Below, in pieces: positions 1-13,950 of a stretch of DNA of 64,000 nt. Source of the stretch: Balanoglossus misakiensis (taxonomy: Eukaryota; Animalia; Hemichordata); the NCBI GenBank assembly GCA_040954595.2, contig CM082593.2, positions 3,241,434 through 3,305,433 of the forward strand, read 5' to 3'. Under the pieces are notes generated by a model. That model saw only the letters and a list, made by a program, of their open reading frames with translations. It did not search any database and was not told the origin of the DNA. How positions within the stretch are numbered: position 1 is the stretch's first letter; each line of letters opens with the position of its first letter. Made by a program: the position numbers and the translations under genes.

Positions 1-229
1 GTTGTTCATATTTTTTCAGAATAAGTATACCTGTATTTTGCTTGTTTCTGTGAGAAATCCTGTGCAATATGCAAGCCACTTGGGATTATTTGATTTCCTC
101 TTAGCAAGAATATGCGGTTACCATCGACGGCTGACCTGACCTACAAAAGTCATTTTATTAGCAGTAGTAATCGATATAAGAGCAGACAGTGGCATATATC
201 TTTTTGTTTTATGTAACTACCCCTCTGCC

Positions 230-1105
230 ATTTCCTGATAACCAGTGCCTGAACTCACATTTGAATGATTATTGCATTAAACCTCTAATAAGGCTGGCCA
301 GATGACATTTCGGTTTTATTGAACAGCGGTTAAACTCCTCTGATTCTGACGCAATCCATCCAGCTGCAAGTCTGGCTTTCTGACGTGGCCGTCAAGGGTT
401 TGACAATCAGCCGTCGCAAAGACGCTATGTAATGGCGTATTGATGTACGTTGGGATGCTGAGCTACTCAGGAAATCCCGTCAGAGCACGTTTTCTCGCGC
501 TGTGTCTAGAGTTATTAGGCGTTGTTAACTCCCCAAAACAAACGGAGAGAAGACAAAACAACGACTCTTCGGCACCTTGATAATGTTTTATCAACGTGCC
601 GACAAATCTTCTTATTTTGTGAACTTATAAATCATGGTTACTGTAGGCAAGAGTTTTATATATTTTTTTTACATTTAGACACTATTATACTTGTAAACAA
701 CGTAAATGTTCTTTGAGTTTTGTTCGCCCTAGCCTCTTGCAATTTCCCGATAACCACTGGCAGTACCTGAACCCACGTTGGCCTGACTGTTTAGTACATT
801 AAACCTTTGATAAGAATGGTGGGTTGACATTTCGATTTAAATTAACCACAAAGAAAGTCGTCCGAGTCTGACGCAAATAATCAGAACAGGCTGGCTGTTT
901 TACCTTGACAGATAAGGGATTTGCACTCAGCCGTCGCAAAGACGCTTTTAGTGCGACGGATCTGCTGGCGGCTACAACCAGGAGATGACGTTCTCTCGCA
1001 CCGGTACGCCTTTATCCGAAGTCATTATTCGCAATTAAACTGATAGGAGACAGAACAACGCCTGAGCATATTGCTTTCAACGTCTCCAAATAATGTTTTA
1101 TCGAC
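230..1105. repeat. Diverged tandem duplication, two units with a period of about 510-520 bp
   Basis: Colinear shared blocks: ATTTCCyGATAACCA (230/742), CATTAAACCT, TGACATTTCG, CTGACGCAA, CAGCCGTCGCAAAGACGCT (408/928), TAATGTTTTATC (581/1091). Confidence 0.75.
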
Positions 1106-3957
1106 ATCTCACCATTCCTGGCATTTGACTGTTTGTGCTGGAGCACAGTGTGCTGTAAATGCCCACTGCAACGATACAGTTTTCACTGGGATTTAATCCA
1201 ACGTTTCAAATGCGTGGATTTGTCTATAAAACAATGAGTTATATTGTAACCTTACATTTTCACTGGTATTTGATAGAGTGGATTTTATCAATCAGCGAAA
1301 ATACTGACATCAAACCCCAGTTGAACATATAAATATAATATGCCAAACTGTTGTGTGACATTTGTAATGGTTCTTGATAAACATTAAAATTATATGGACA
1401 TGCCAGAACGGGTCAACTTTAAACGCTGTCACCTACTTCCCTCTTATATTTAAAATTCTAGTCAATTTATTGCCCCCAGTTAGTTACTATGGTAATGAGT
1501 GACATTTGGTCACACCAACTCAAATTGGAACAGTTCTATCTAAATGCTTGAAGGTCTACTTGTCCCCATGGCTATTCTTGCTTCTCGCGAGAGTCGCAAT
1601 CAAGGAGAGTGTTATGGACAGGCCCGGCAGGACATTCACGCTGAACTCATCATCTTTGCTGGCCCAGTCTCCGTTTGGGGCGAAGATTTGCATTCTCCAT
1701 CAGCGGAGCACGTCCCTTGATGGCACGGGGTTGCACCGCATAATCAGAAAGAGCACGTGACCATTCCCACTTTGAATGACTCGATACATGTCCGGTAAAA
1801 CTGCCACTTTTATTGAGAATAAATAAAAGGGTAAGAAAGATTCTTGTCATGAAGCTATACAGCGAGCATCCACAACCCATATTGTTCGCAAAGATGTACA
1901 TTGTAGCATTTACACTTTGCGCCCTTGACTTGATAGCAAGTATGGGAGCCATACACGCAGCCGCAGACGGCACGACACCCACCCTTTAAGAAAGAATGAG
2001 TGATAACCGTCAGACAGAGTCTTGGTACCACGGCAGATAAAGGTTTGACACATTAAAAGGCTTTTAAATGTTGCGTATTAAAATATGTCAAAGTCTGCTT
2101 GCAATGAATATGGCACACTATTCATGAAAGACAGAGTAGTGATTGAGTCTGTGCCACCATACTTCACATAACAAATTTCACAAAACGCTAACTCGTGCCA
2201 TTAGAAAACATCATTAGTAGTACGTGCTGGGCACCATTCTGTCCTTGTAGTCGGCCCAGCATGTTCTAATATACTTTGTATCGCTAAGTCACAGAGGTGG
2301 GTAAAAACCAAAGGTGGCCTGCTCTTAATATCTGCTTGTTAGGGCACGTATTGCTGGCCCCGTGCTGCTACAAATTTGCAATAGGTGATAAAAGTGGCAC
2401 ATTAGGTGATAGAAATTAACCTTCGACATATCATGTTGGTACTTGTGCACGTTCCATTAGCCGCCAACTAATCACAAGTCAGGAATATGTGACAACCATA
2501 AGGAAATAACACAGTCTGTCATGCTGAGATCATGGCTGGACAGGACAACACTCAAATTATATAATTTACCAGGTTATGTCATGCACGCACGCGCGACAAC
2601 CGATCATATGGTTCAGGCAGCAGTATCAATTGGAAGAAGATCGCTAGAGAATTATTCCGCTCACTGACGCACAAAACGTACACAAACGCAAGTGAAATGG
2701 ATTTCTATATCTGTTTGAGTTTGACAGAGCGATATATTTAACGTGGGATACGTGCAATGTTGTGACAGTTAGTTGATAAATTTCAATTCTTAAGTCGTAG
2801 CATATCACAAGTAAAACAACTTAGAATCACTCGAGTACGTATGTGACCAAGATAACACAAGACAAATCGACCGGTTGAGTACAATCGAATAATTGATGGT
2901 ATCACTGTCAACGGTTGTTTATAATTGATTAGAAAGTGCCGCGAGGCATAAAAATCTACGAAAGCCAACCGTGCGCACAACACCAGTTGCCATGGTTTGG
3001 TGAAACATATCCTCTTGAAGTCAACGAGAACATTTACCCAAATCCTTACTGGTTGGCTTCTTGCTGATTTATTGACATTAATTAAAAGTGAGTTGGTAAA
3101 TCCATCTCGGTTTATCATTTGTTCGGTAAACCACAATATAAACATTGTTTAGCAAAATATATCTAATATAAATACTAAATACACTTACAAAAAGTATGCC
3201 AAAGCTAATGTTAGCTAACGAACATTACGCCTGACCAAAGTGTTAACAAGGGACTCAGGCAAGGGTAGTACAACGGACCCTGACTTTACCTGATTTTCGT
3301 GGAAAATTATACTTGAATTATGTCTAACGCTCATGATAAATGATTACACTTGGTTAAAACTAGTTATTTTTTGTTTAGAATATTCAGAATCTCCAAAGAG
3401 CAATAGGAATTTTAGGAATAACGATAAATAGACTTACATATCGCATAACCATTACCATATAAATATATATCGTTATATAATAATATCATGACAAAAGAAG
3501 AAAGATACATTGATATATAAGCTCATATATATGTCCATTAAATGTACCGTGTAAAACTTTACAAAAAGCTTATACGACTTCACTAATAATCAAACGTTGA
3601 TACAGTCATCGTATTTACAATAATATTTTAACATCGGCGGGTAATGTTACATCGTGGATGTTCACCAACTTTTAAATTTGATATGATTATTATTCACTAT
3701 ATAAATCATGTTTATTCAAGCAACGTTTACTGCAATTGCTAATGTCAAGAATAATACGTTAAACTTTCATTTTACCTTACGGTTTGAAAAATTATTGTCG
3801 TCTTTGTGGAATAATGTGATAATAAACCAACCTTCTAAAATCTTATAAAAGACCGTCAATCAATCTGGAAGCGCGTACGCCATCTTTTGCTCCAGTATAC
3901 AAAATTACCTCCGAGTCATCTGTAAACAATGATGTATCCAGGAAAAGGTCACCTTCA

Positions 3958-4177
3958 TGACCCCTACGTGACCTTACATCCTTGTACTTCCGTTTGTATG
4001 GGGTGTCAACATTGTTGAACAAGAAACGCTTAAAATGTTGCTTGAAAAGGGCCATGTTTATAATTCATTACATAAAATATTGACTACAGTTGCAATTATA
4101 GAATTTTGTAGACGTCTTAGTCAACCTGGTAGAATATACCACCGGAAGTACGAGGATGTAAGGTCATGAAGGGGTCA
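3958..4177. mobile_element. MITE-like element bounded by 35 bp inverted repeats, in the presumed GPCR 3' UTR
   Basis: TGACCCCTACGTGACCTTACATCCTTGTACTTCCG (3958-3992) is the near-perfect reverse complement of 4143-4177. The same motif recurs at 62496 and 62713. Confidence 0.6.
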
Positions 4178-4244
4178 AGAAAGGGCTATCGAGTACTAGC
4201 GCATGAGATAAATGAGAGTTTGTCAGCGGCATGCGCTTGTAAAC

Positions 4245-7200
4245 TCATCCGTCGCCACGAATCACTGAACTTTTGGTTCTTGACGAATATGTGGAGGTGA
4301 GGACTGATGAAGATAGCGATCGAGTTCGTCTGGCGCTGCGTCGAACTCTGTTACCCTGAGCTCGTCTCAGACAGCGCGAGTACATCGTCTTCAAGTCAGC
4401 CTGAAATATCAATAAAAATCCTGTTCAATACCTGTACGTTCACTTATAAGGTTTACAAGGATTCTTGTAAATACGATGACAATTAATGAGTCCGCTTGTG
4501 AGAAAACCGACCCTGGTATATTCTCTGGATTCATCCATCAATAACGATAATTTACCAAGGAGAAGAAATTAATAATCACTTACTCGAAATCCATCATTCA
4601 TAAAACTGTAGATGATCGGATTCATGAAACTGTTGGACATGGCCACCCAGAGCACAATTGAGTTAATTTTTCGCATCAGGTCCTGGTGGTAGGTACTTCC
4701 ATACATGTATGGAGAGAGTCGAGTAACCAACATGAAAATGTGCAGAGGAAGATAGCACAGCACAAACAAGGCCACCACTAATATAAGCATTTTGATCACC
4801 TGAAAGACAATGGAGAAACATGAAATGTCCATTAGTCAAGCTTCTTTTAAAGTACGACCGTGTACATTCAAATGGTACAATTCCTTGTTTAACAGCACTA
4901 TACCTATGCTTGGCGTTTGTTCAACACCAATTTTCTCCTCGTTTTATTTATTTAAAAGCCTATAAACTGATTTTATACAACACAACAAACAATGCGATCA
5001 ATTACACCAAACAATGTCATCAATCAGAAGGTTGCTTAGCACATTGAAACGATAAGGCCATGGGTTTCAGCCATTAAACAGACAGAAAGAGACTTAAACT
5101 CCCATAACACCGATATTTTCTGGCCGATCGATCTCTGGGGTAATAGCTTATTGCAATTGATGAAGTTGATACATTTTACAGTGTCGCACTGCCACTGTTT
5201 GTTATTATTGTATATTGAAACATAAAATACAGATCATTATAGGAATTTTGGCACCATTTCCCTCTTTTTATCACCTCAAGTTGAAGCTAAGGACTGATTG
5301 ATCTGATGTGTGGCAAATGTCTTATGTGGTTATATGATACGAAATGATTTATTATCATTTATACTAAACGGTTCATCAAACCGTTTTATGGTCAAGTGGA
5401 CTAGTTTCGTCACTAATATTTACACTATGTGTATATTGAATAGGGGACAGCATGCGGTCCTAAGAGAATCAGAAAAACACACGAGTCTGGATTCTAGACT
5501 ATAAAATACAGGCGCAGATGTGTGGGCAAATGCTTCCAAATTTACCACCTAATCGAGTATAAGTTCGACAGGATTTCAAGCTCTCGGCGGGATAGAACGA
5601 AAGTGATGTACCCCATGTGAGAATGTTTGGACAAATTATAGGAGATAATATGGATGAGGTTTGTCCCATATGTATTTATTCATGGCAGCGACACTTATTT
5701 CATGCTTGCTCGGCGGCAAGGACAATCGAAACAACAGAACTGGGAATTAAACACCTTCTCATGCCAATGAATTTCTATCACATCAACCGCATGGAATTTG
5801 CTCGATAGATCAGAAATTCACTCGCCCAATTTGAGCGCGGGGTTTGTTGAAAGTAAATACCTGTGTAAACCCCATAGTAATTGCTTTGGTGTAACCACTG
5901 GACGAGATAAGGTGTGAAATGTAAAACTAGCCTCAAAGTAGGTTCCTGTCATTATGATGTATCTTTCGAACACATTTCAGGTCTCCTAGGCTATGAAACT
6001 CCAAGATTTCTCAAGTCCCCCTTTCCACCCTAAAACTTTTCAGCCCCCCCCCCCCTCCTCAATTTCTTCGACCCCTGCCAATTTCTCAGCACATGACCAC
6101 CGGCACATCTACATAAAGTAAACTGTTTGGGGTTTCGAACCTATGCCACTCTTCCAAATGAATGAAAAAATAATATTTCCTTTGAACACAAGGCGATCAG
6201 AAAAAGAAAGTGTTTTCAATCCATTGTAAGCTGAACAAATGGGAAATCCTTTGCGACCCAACAACCATAGTTGCTAGAGAGAGGTTGATTTCATTACGGT
6301 AATGGATGTATGCTAGGAGAACAGATGCGATTGGGTTGGGAGTTGAAAACACCGTTTGGATTTCTCGAGAGGAAGGACGCAGACGAGACAAGACTCTTGA
6401 ACATTATGCCAGAGGTTATTCGTCTGTGTTGGGTTTGCGTTTTCTTCTGATGTTCAGACTTGGTGTTAGTCATTACAAAGAGCTTTGTTCAGTCATGGAG
6501 AACGAGAATTTTGACGATTGAATTTATTTTATGTTGCTGGGGTGTCAAAGAGCTGGATATTTTACGTCATGTTAAGTTAGGTTCCTCCGTACGCCCTAGA
6601 TCACTTGATGAACAACGGCGTCCGGCCCCTGAAAGTGAATTTAGGTGGGCCTGCGGAGTCTTGCCGATCCCCCATTGGTTAAAAAATTGATACAATTGGA
6701 CGCTGTGGTTATCGCCCGGTCACGAAATATTGAGGACGTGACACGAATACAAAATGGCTTCCCTGTCAAATGTACCGGCTTTGGCGTCGCCATCTTTGTG
6801 CGGTAGAAGGAAACCAACATAATTCACTTACAAGATATGAACAGAATCATGCGGGCAGTTAGTAAGTTTCTGAGTTTTGCATTCAAGATCTCAGTTAAAG
6901 GATTTCCTGCAATTATTAGCCCCCAATGAACGTTCACTTGCCATTACTACAATACTAAGTGTTAACATTAAATCATGTAATCAAGGATGTTTGCATCAGT
7001 AAATCCCACAAGAGGGTCTTCGCCAGCAGACACCTGTCAACATGCCCAAGATATGTCTGACTAGTATAATTTAACTGCAGAAAAGGAACCTTCGTCTGTT
7101 TGAAATGAATGCATTTTTCGTACATCTGTACCTGCATTTCAACAGTTTATATGGTACATATATAAAATGACCCAATTCTTAGTATTTGTGACAAGGGATC

Positions 7201-10200
7201 TAGGTAAGGTTTGGTACTCCAGACAACAAAAGATATTTAATCTGCAGTTATACTCCTCGAATATGTATATAGCTTGCACAGAACACTGAGATTAAAACCC
7301 CCAAGACTGTCGAACGAAATGAGCCCCTGAGCTTTTATGAATTCCCTTGCAAGTATTTCTTTAATTCAAATTCAGCTCAATCATCGAGGGTATCCTTTGG
7401 GTGATGAGCAGACAGGTAGCTGTCTCGGAAATCGCAGCTGAGATTATCTGTTGATAAAATTGAGATTTTAATCTGCTTGGTTTCTAACTATTGAAGCATT
7501 GCCGTATGCGTGATGCGCTTAATACTTGAAAGTTGCAAGATAAAAGATAAATCACGTACGTATGGATTTAGGGACTTGTAACTACTACCTCAGTACATAT
7601 TGTAACTGTGTTAATATAATGTCTCACCTCTTTGAAAACTAACTAAACAATAATTAAAACAACCATTTTGATGAAACATTAGTAGTAAAATATTCGAAAT
7701 AAAGGTTTTCAAAAAAGCAGTAATTTTAATACGAGATTTGTGTGTGTGTGTGGGGGGGGGGGGGGGGTTCTTGACCAGCCAATTCGCCTCCGTATTATTC
7801 ATTATGTAATTCATTCCAAAATTTGCTAGAAGGGAGGTGTAAGATACCTTGTAGCAAGACTTTTATGAATTTCTCATTCAATTGAATATCCCCCAGCTGT
7901 GTAATCCTTATCCAACAACTATGACAATTTTAGTATCGTAGACTATGTGTCTGATTCCCTTGGTGTGTATGGTTATTCCATTTTCGTCATCCAGTTTGCA
8001 AACAAGCCACCCAGACAGACCTAGAGTGTCACTTGTCGTGATTTGTGTATTCACATAACTGTAGATGTAATTTGGAAAAGGCTAGACAAACAGACGGTAT
8101 TACCCTAAGCTTCACGACTCGTTCCTTGTAAGCCCGGGGTGCCCTGAAGGCCTAATTTCGTAGTAGGGTAGATGACGCAAGTTCGGGCTTTAATTTGTTG
8201 GCTTAGCAACAACGCATTCAAATCACCTCCGAAAAACTACAAAACTTATTATAGGTACATACATCTTTTTATGTTTTTCTTTTCTATTGAGCAGATATTA
8301 CATGGTATATATAAATTGTACAACAAGCGTGATTAAGCGCGTATATCTTACTACGGTTATCAAGTATAGGGAAAGTCAATGAAGCGTCTCAGTCTCTACA
8401 AGTGGTAAAGTTACTGGATACATTATACGTTAGTAATATACAACTCGTAACAATCCAATCCACGTTTCGTTTGCAGGAAACTGAACCGAATAATTGAACG
8501 AAACAAAAACGAGGCAACTGATGGTGGATATACTGCAAATATGACTTAGTTTGCCGACGCGCTAGACTGAATCGCGCAATGATTACGACACATCAAATAT
8601 CCCCGTCACAGGTATAGCACATATTACTGACCTATTAACACCGTCCAAATATAGATAGGGAAATATTACCCTTTTCTTTGACGCTATGCATGAGCTATCC
8701 CTCTGCTGATCCGCATTGCCAGGTATATTGCGTCTCCACAGGTGCCTGCCGATCCTGACGTAACAAAACAGGAGGCAACTGACGGGAATGATGTACGTCA
8801 GCGAGATCATGAAGATCTCGTAAATGATCGCCGCCGAGTCGTAGGGCCACCACTCGGTGCACAAAACCACCAACCGTCTTCCGTACTGCACCTCTCTCGC
8901 CCTGGAGAAGGCGGTCTGCACGGTGGCCAGGAGAACAGAGACCAACCATATTATGCCAAATAATATCTTGGACCTGTTCGAGGTGACTCGCAATTTCATC
9001 GGGTACAGAACAGCGAAGTAACGGTCAATGCCGATGGCCGTCAGTGTGTACACGCTGACCATCACAGATACCTGTAACCAAGAAAAAGTGTTTTATTAAA
9101 AGTAAATCGGGTGATAAGGCGAAAAAAGACAACACATCTTATTCACATCGTTTTTGCGAGTGGGGGGTGGTACCTCCATGATATGAGTTTGTACCTTGTT
9201 GCGTAAATGCCTGCCATATTGAAGGTAACGGAAGAATACGTAAAACATTCTGACATTATAGAAAGTAAAAACACGGCACACTTTTATAGCAAAATTCAAC
9301 ATGGGGTAATTTTATATTACATTTATATTCTTCCCTCGTCGTCGCCGTTTACTGTGTATCAAAACCTCCATGGGGGAATTTCTCTGAGTGACGCTGCCAG
9401 CAAGCTGCTAATTGCTTGTTTACGACGAAAAGAATGGTATCCACATACGCATGGATTATCTGCCAGAAAGATAACGATGTGATGCAACCGCTTATTTCCT
9501 GCAGACCACTTTGGTTTGGTAGCCTTTTGCACCATAGCGACGTGATTCTGCATACGCCAATATTAACAAGACTACAGGCCTAATTGATTTGCATATGCGT
9601 CGCCATGCATCTTATTCTTGAATGTATGTAGACCTAAGTAAGATTTCGAGATTTTATTCACGAAATTTTTTCCAATGTATGGATTTCTTCTCGAATAAAG
9701 ATTATATATACGTAAAGCATGTATTTATTAGAAGGCTGTGTAATACTTGAATTGTGAAAAAATCCCATATCTGATGATTGGATTGCTAAATGCTTTCAGT
9801 AATCCAAGAATTATAAAACAATTTGTCGTTTGACTGGCTTCTGCAATAATGAAGAAATCCAACTGATATGTTCGATGACGTACAGTTTGTATGTATGTCA
9901 CACATGCAACCGTGTGTAATCAACGAATATCGAAAGCCAAATCACCAACATGAAAGCGTATTCACTGCTGCAGGTATGTGCTTTAATGGCAAAGTTTGAA
10001 AATGTTTAAATAGTTTCAAACGCTATGACAGATACGACGCTTTTGATGGCGCTGAATAAGCGAAGGCCACAATCCGATACACTGGCGCCAAACCCAATGG
10101 AGAGCCCCGTCCAGACCGACTACAATTGTAAAGCAAACATTTTTCGCACTGATGACTTTATCCGTAGTGTCTCTCAGGTGGACAAGAAAAGTAATACGGG

Positions 10201-13200
10201 TTGTTTATTCAAAGGTGATAAATTACTTCATTTTGCGGATCCCTGTTAACGCAACAGCCACGTACGTAATTTCAAGAAGTAGCCCTGATTGCATTGTATA
10301 TTAAAACAACATTTGTGAACGCAAATCTGATACTTTATACTACGAACTCTGCATCTTAAGAAGGGAGATGATGGCCAAAAGTTTCCGCCTCGTCGCACGT
10401 ATAGGCAGACGGAATGTATAACAGAGGCCGTACCGCGGTGCCTTAGGTCGTAATGATAACATCAAAGACATAAGTAATCTCTCAAGCCCTAACGGTTCTG
10501 AAGTCAACGTGGCGGGGATCTTAATTACGAGCATCATGTGTGTGGGAGGGGGTAGGGGGGTAATGCGGTCATTAATACTCAGTATATACTAGGTATTACA
10601 ATTGGACATGTCAGATTTTATGAATTACTTCCGTTTTCGCGGAAGACTTCCAGTCTCCATCGCTTTCGTACTTTATTCGTTCATTATTCCTTCATTATGT
10701 GCTCTTTCGCTTGGAAATTCGAGAAGATTACTGGTATATGCAATGGGATTGGCACTGAAGGATCCCAACACACGACAGTAAGCTTACAGAGTGGTCAGTG
10801 ATATACACACTACGTAAACCAACTATAGCACGCCAAGTTTTAAGAGATAGCTTTCGGCGCTTTCTCGAATATTTTGATCCGCATTGCCATGCTAACTCGA
10901 TCAGCTGTTGAGATCCCTCCTCAGACCTACCTCTCGTGAATAACATGAACTTTGCTGGAAATTGCGATACGGCGGATTAAGTCTAGGGGAAAGGTTCGAA
11001 CCAATGGGATTTAGGGGGGGGGGGGTTTGAACCAATGGGATTTAGGGGGTGGCAGAGCCATGACACTGATCGATTGACTGACCTGCCCATGATGCTGAAT
11101 GGGAGCCTGGCATCATTACCTTCGCTCCCTTCGAATTTCGCGTTCATCAATAGACAAGCGCCACCATGTGCCAATTGTATTCCTGGTGGACGCAAAAATG
11201 CAAATATGGAGCAAAGCCACTTTACATGTATTCCAATACCTCACCCCAGCCCACGCATATTTCATAAATTACAGCTATTTTCATATACCGGGATATATCA
11301 TTTCCTTTTGAAGTCTAATCATTTACAAAAAAAAATCAATTTGTATTACATCAGTGTTTTTTTAATATACGACTGACGTAGCCGCCACATTATACAGTGG
11401 CATATTTGTTGCCATTTGCATACCCATGAAAATGATATCATATCAAATTATTTACACCAAGAAAAATATAAAAATCAAAACATTCAACTTTCATGAGAAC
11501 CAATTCACTTAATCAAAGATGATTGGGTTTTATCAAAAACTGATACGGCTGTGTACATCGAAGTATACAATGGGCTATATTTTTATTACATTATTTAACG
11601 AGAACTCTGACATGTAATGCAACTAATATAAATGCAAAACTTGATGATATGGAAAGCGAACTGAATTTCGGAAGAGCTACAGTTCTTGTGGCTATGTTCT
11701 GAATACGTCCATCATTTTTTTTATTTCAGTACAAGGCCTTTACGTCCATTTGAACGCCATCCATTGAATTTTCGGGAGAATGTGCATAAAAGTTACAATA
11801 GAGCGTGAATGCTGTTTTTTTTATATAAATCGAGGCAATACGGTGTGCATGATAAACATGAGATAAAAACGTATGTTATTCTGTGGTCATAAAAATAGGG
11901 ATCATATGAAAAGGGGTCATAACTTTCCAAATAAGAAACACGTTTACTAAAGACGGAATATTTATATTGCATTTGCCCTCAGCGTCCGTAAAAGCCTGCC
12001 AGGCCGCATGTAATTCTGTGGAGTGTAGGGGTGTCCGTTTTACAACAACCTTGTCTCCTCTTAGTTACTCCGGCTGAGGCACCGACGAGAAATGAAATGC
12101 ATTGTACGTGAATATGTTTCCCGTGGTCGGTATAGCATTAGCCATTAGACTATGGTTTGCAATTCGTGCCGTAGTGCTACAGTGAATTTTGGTACAGATT
12201 ATTATTTTGAAAAGTATCGTGTTAACACGATTGCAGCTACTTTTGGATAATTCCATGAGGATGAAATTGGCGTGCTGTATATATACGCAGTCGATGAATT
12301 GACCACTTTGTTTTGTATAAACGGAGGCACAATTATAGAGTTTTTTTCCTCAAATCCACCAATCCCAGCGGGCGCCGATTATTTTGCTGTAACTGGCAAC
12401 AAAACAGACAACGTGAGGATAATTCCCTTTGTCGTTATGATCAATAATATTATGAGCTGCGCAGAAGGAATGTGCTAACCATGGCATCGATTTTTTTTCC
12501 ATCAGTCCAGTTGATAAGAAACAGAGTGATTATACGAAATTATTGTCAGCCCCACCTAGCAGCTGATAAGTAACAGAGTTATTTTAATGTATAGAAAATT
12601 CAAGTCACACAAAGACACCTGTTGTTGTGATTAAGTTCTGTTTTGTTTAGGGTGATACGTTCCTACCACTAAACAATTCATACTGCATTTGTCTGCTATT
12701 CACACAGGTATCAAGCTCTCTGGTTTGCAAATAAAACGTGGTGATTTTGTAAAACGTTTAAAATATCCGACAAAGCGAGACACGGTGTCGTTCGACTACA
12801 AGATGGGTTACGCCTGTAAACATTCAACAAATCTTGTTTGCCGACACACTGAGAGAGCGCGGTTTGAGACAGCACGCTCTGAATGAGGGTTCTCCGCGGT
12901 AAACATGCATAGTCGTCGCACAGGTGGCTGCACCTGGGAAGGTAATTACGCAGAATGAATAATTTCTGACGTCTTGCTATCGTTCGCCTCCGAAACACCC
13001 GACGGGTTGAAGTATTCGACAAGACAGCAGTTGATTAAATCCAGATAACTTATCAACCTCCAGTCCAAACAAATAATTCAGAATGGCGAATGGCAAGGCA
13101 GCATTACGGTAATTAGAAGAAATACAGCCGTTTGAGTCTAAACGCTATTTGAGTATTCTGTGCGGATATAAAACCCAGCATTTACTCAACTCATAAAAGA

Positions 13201-13590
13201 GCCTGAAGTGAAGGAATAAATTTTTACCTGTTGCATAAAAATGACCGTTGGGCACATACCGGTACTGAATATCCAGTAGCCGTACATGATGGTGCTGAAC
13301 GTGAAAGGCATACAGAAGATGGCCATGGTTAAGTCAGCTAAGGCCAGATTGATCAGAAAGTGGTTGAGTTCAGACTGAGGCCGCTGATTGAAAAGCAAAA
13401 CGACGAGAACGACGATGTTACCGATGATGGAGAGCGTGATATTCAAACTGAAAGCGCAAATGAGTCCAATTCTCCAATTAATCGGCAGCTCCAGTTCTTC
13501 GTCCACCAGGGCCTGGTTTTCAAAGAACGCTCTGAGCTGCGCTTCCAGGAGAGCTAACATTTCGTCAGTCAAGTTGTGCTGGTTCTCCAT
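4245..13590 (-). CDS. Class A (rhodopsin-like) neuropeptide GPCR, RYamide/luqin/leucokinin/GPR83-like receptor, about 378 aa, 4 coding exons
   Basis: Exons 13228-13590, 8670-9071, 4584-4799, 4245-4400, all phase 0 with GT-AG ends. The spliced protein has GN in TM1, NLALADL in TM2, DRY, a TM6 FVLCYLP, NPIIY in TM7, and the ICL3 motif PGNADQQRD..SKKRVIKML seen in RYamide/leucokinin/GPR83-type receptors. Ser/Thr/Arg-rich C-tail, TGA at 4245-4247. Exact ligand family is inference. Confidence 0.9.
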
Positions 13591-13858
13591 GTTCTCCCGC
13601 CTCTGGAGAAACGTTCTCAGGTAGCTTCTTCTGTGCGGTCGTGTTCGCGTCTACTCTAACGGGCGCGATGTGCGACCAGCGGCCAGGCGACGACGCAGTC
13701 TCCGCGCATGCTCTCTCTCTCTTTCCGTGAACGCCTGGGATATGCAGCGGCGGAGAGGCAGACCTCTGAAAGTACCCGCGTTTCTGACAACCGAGACTTC
13801 GAATTAGAGTTGTGGGCTCAGCGGCTCACACCGTATGTTAAAGTTAATTTTTACAGAA

Positions 13859-13950
13859 TCACGTGGTCTTATAATGACGCATCTCATTTCAGGACGGAGT
13901 GGAACAGTCGTTCAAGGAAAGGAGTCACGTGGTCTTACAGTGACGTATCT
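13859..13950. promoter_or_regulatory. Duplicated E-box + half-CRE module upstream of the GPCR start
   Basis: TCACGTGGTCTTA-N3-TGACGyATCT at 13859-13884 and 13925-13950, about 270-360 bp upstream of the ATG at 13590. Confidence 0.45.

Noticed and set aside
1506-1982. Overlapping 84 and 110 aa ORFs in a GC-richer patch
   Set aside because: No family similarity in the frames examined.
10993-11049. Short direct repeat GAACCAATGGGATTTAGGGGG x2
   Set aside because: Two units separated by a G-run; consistent with slippage, not a CRISPR-like array.
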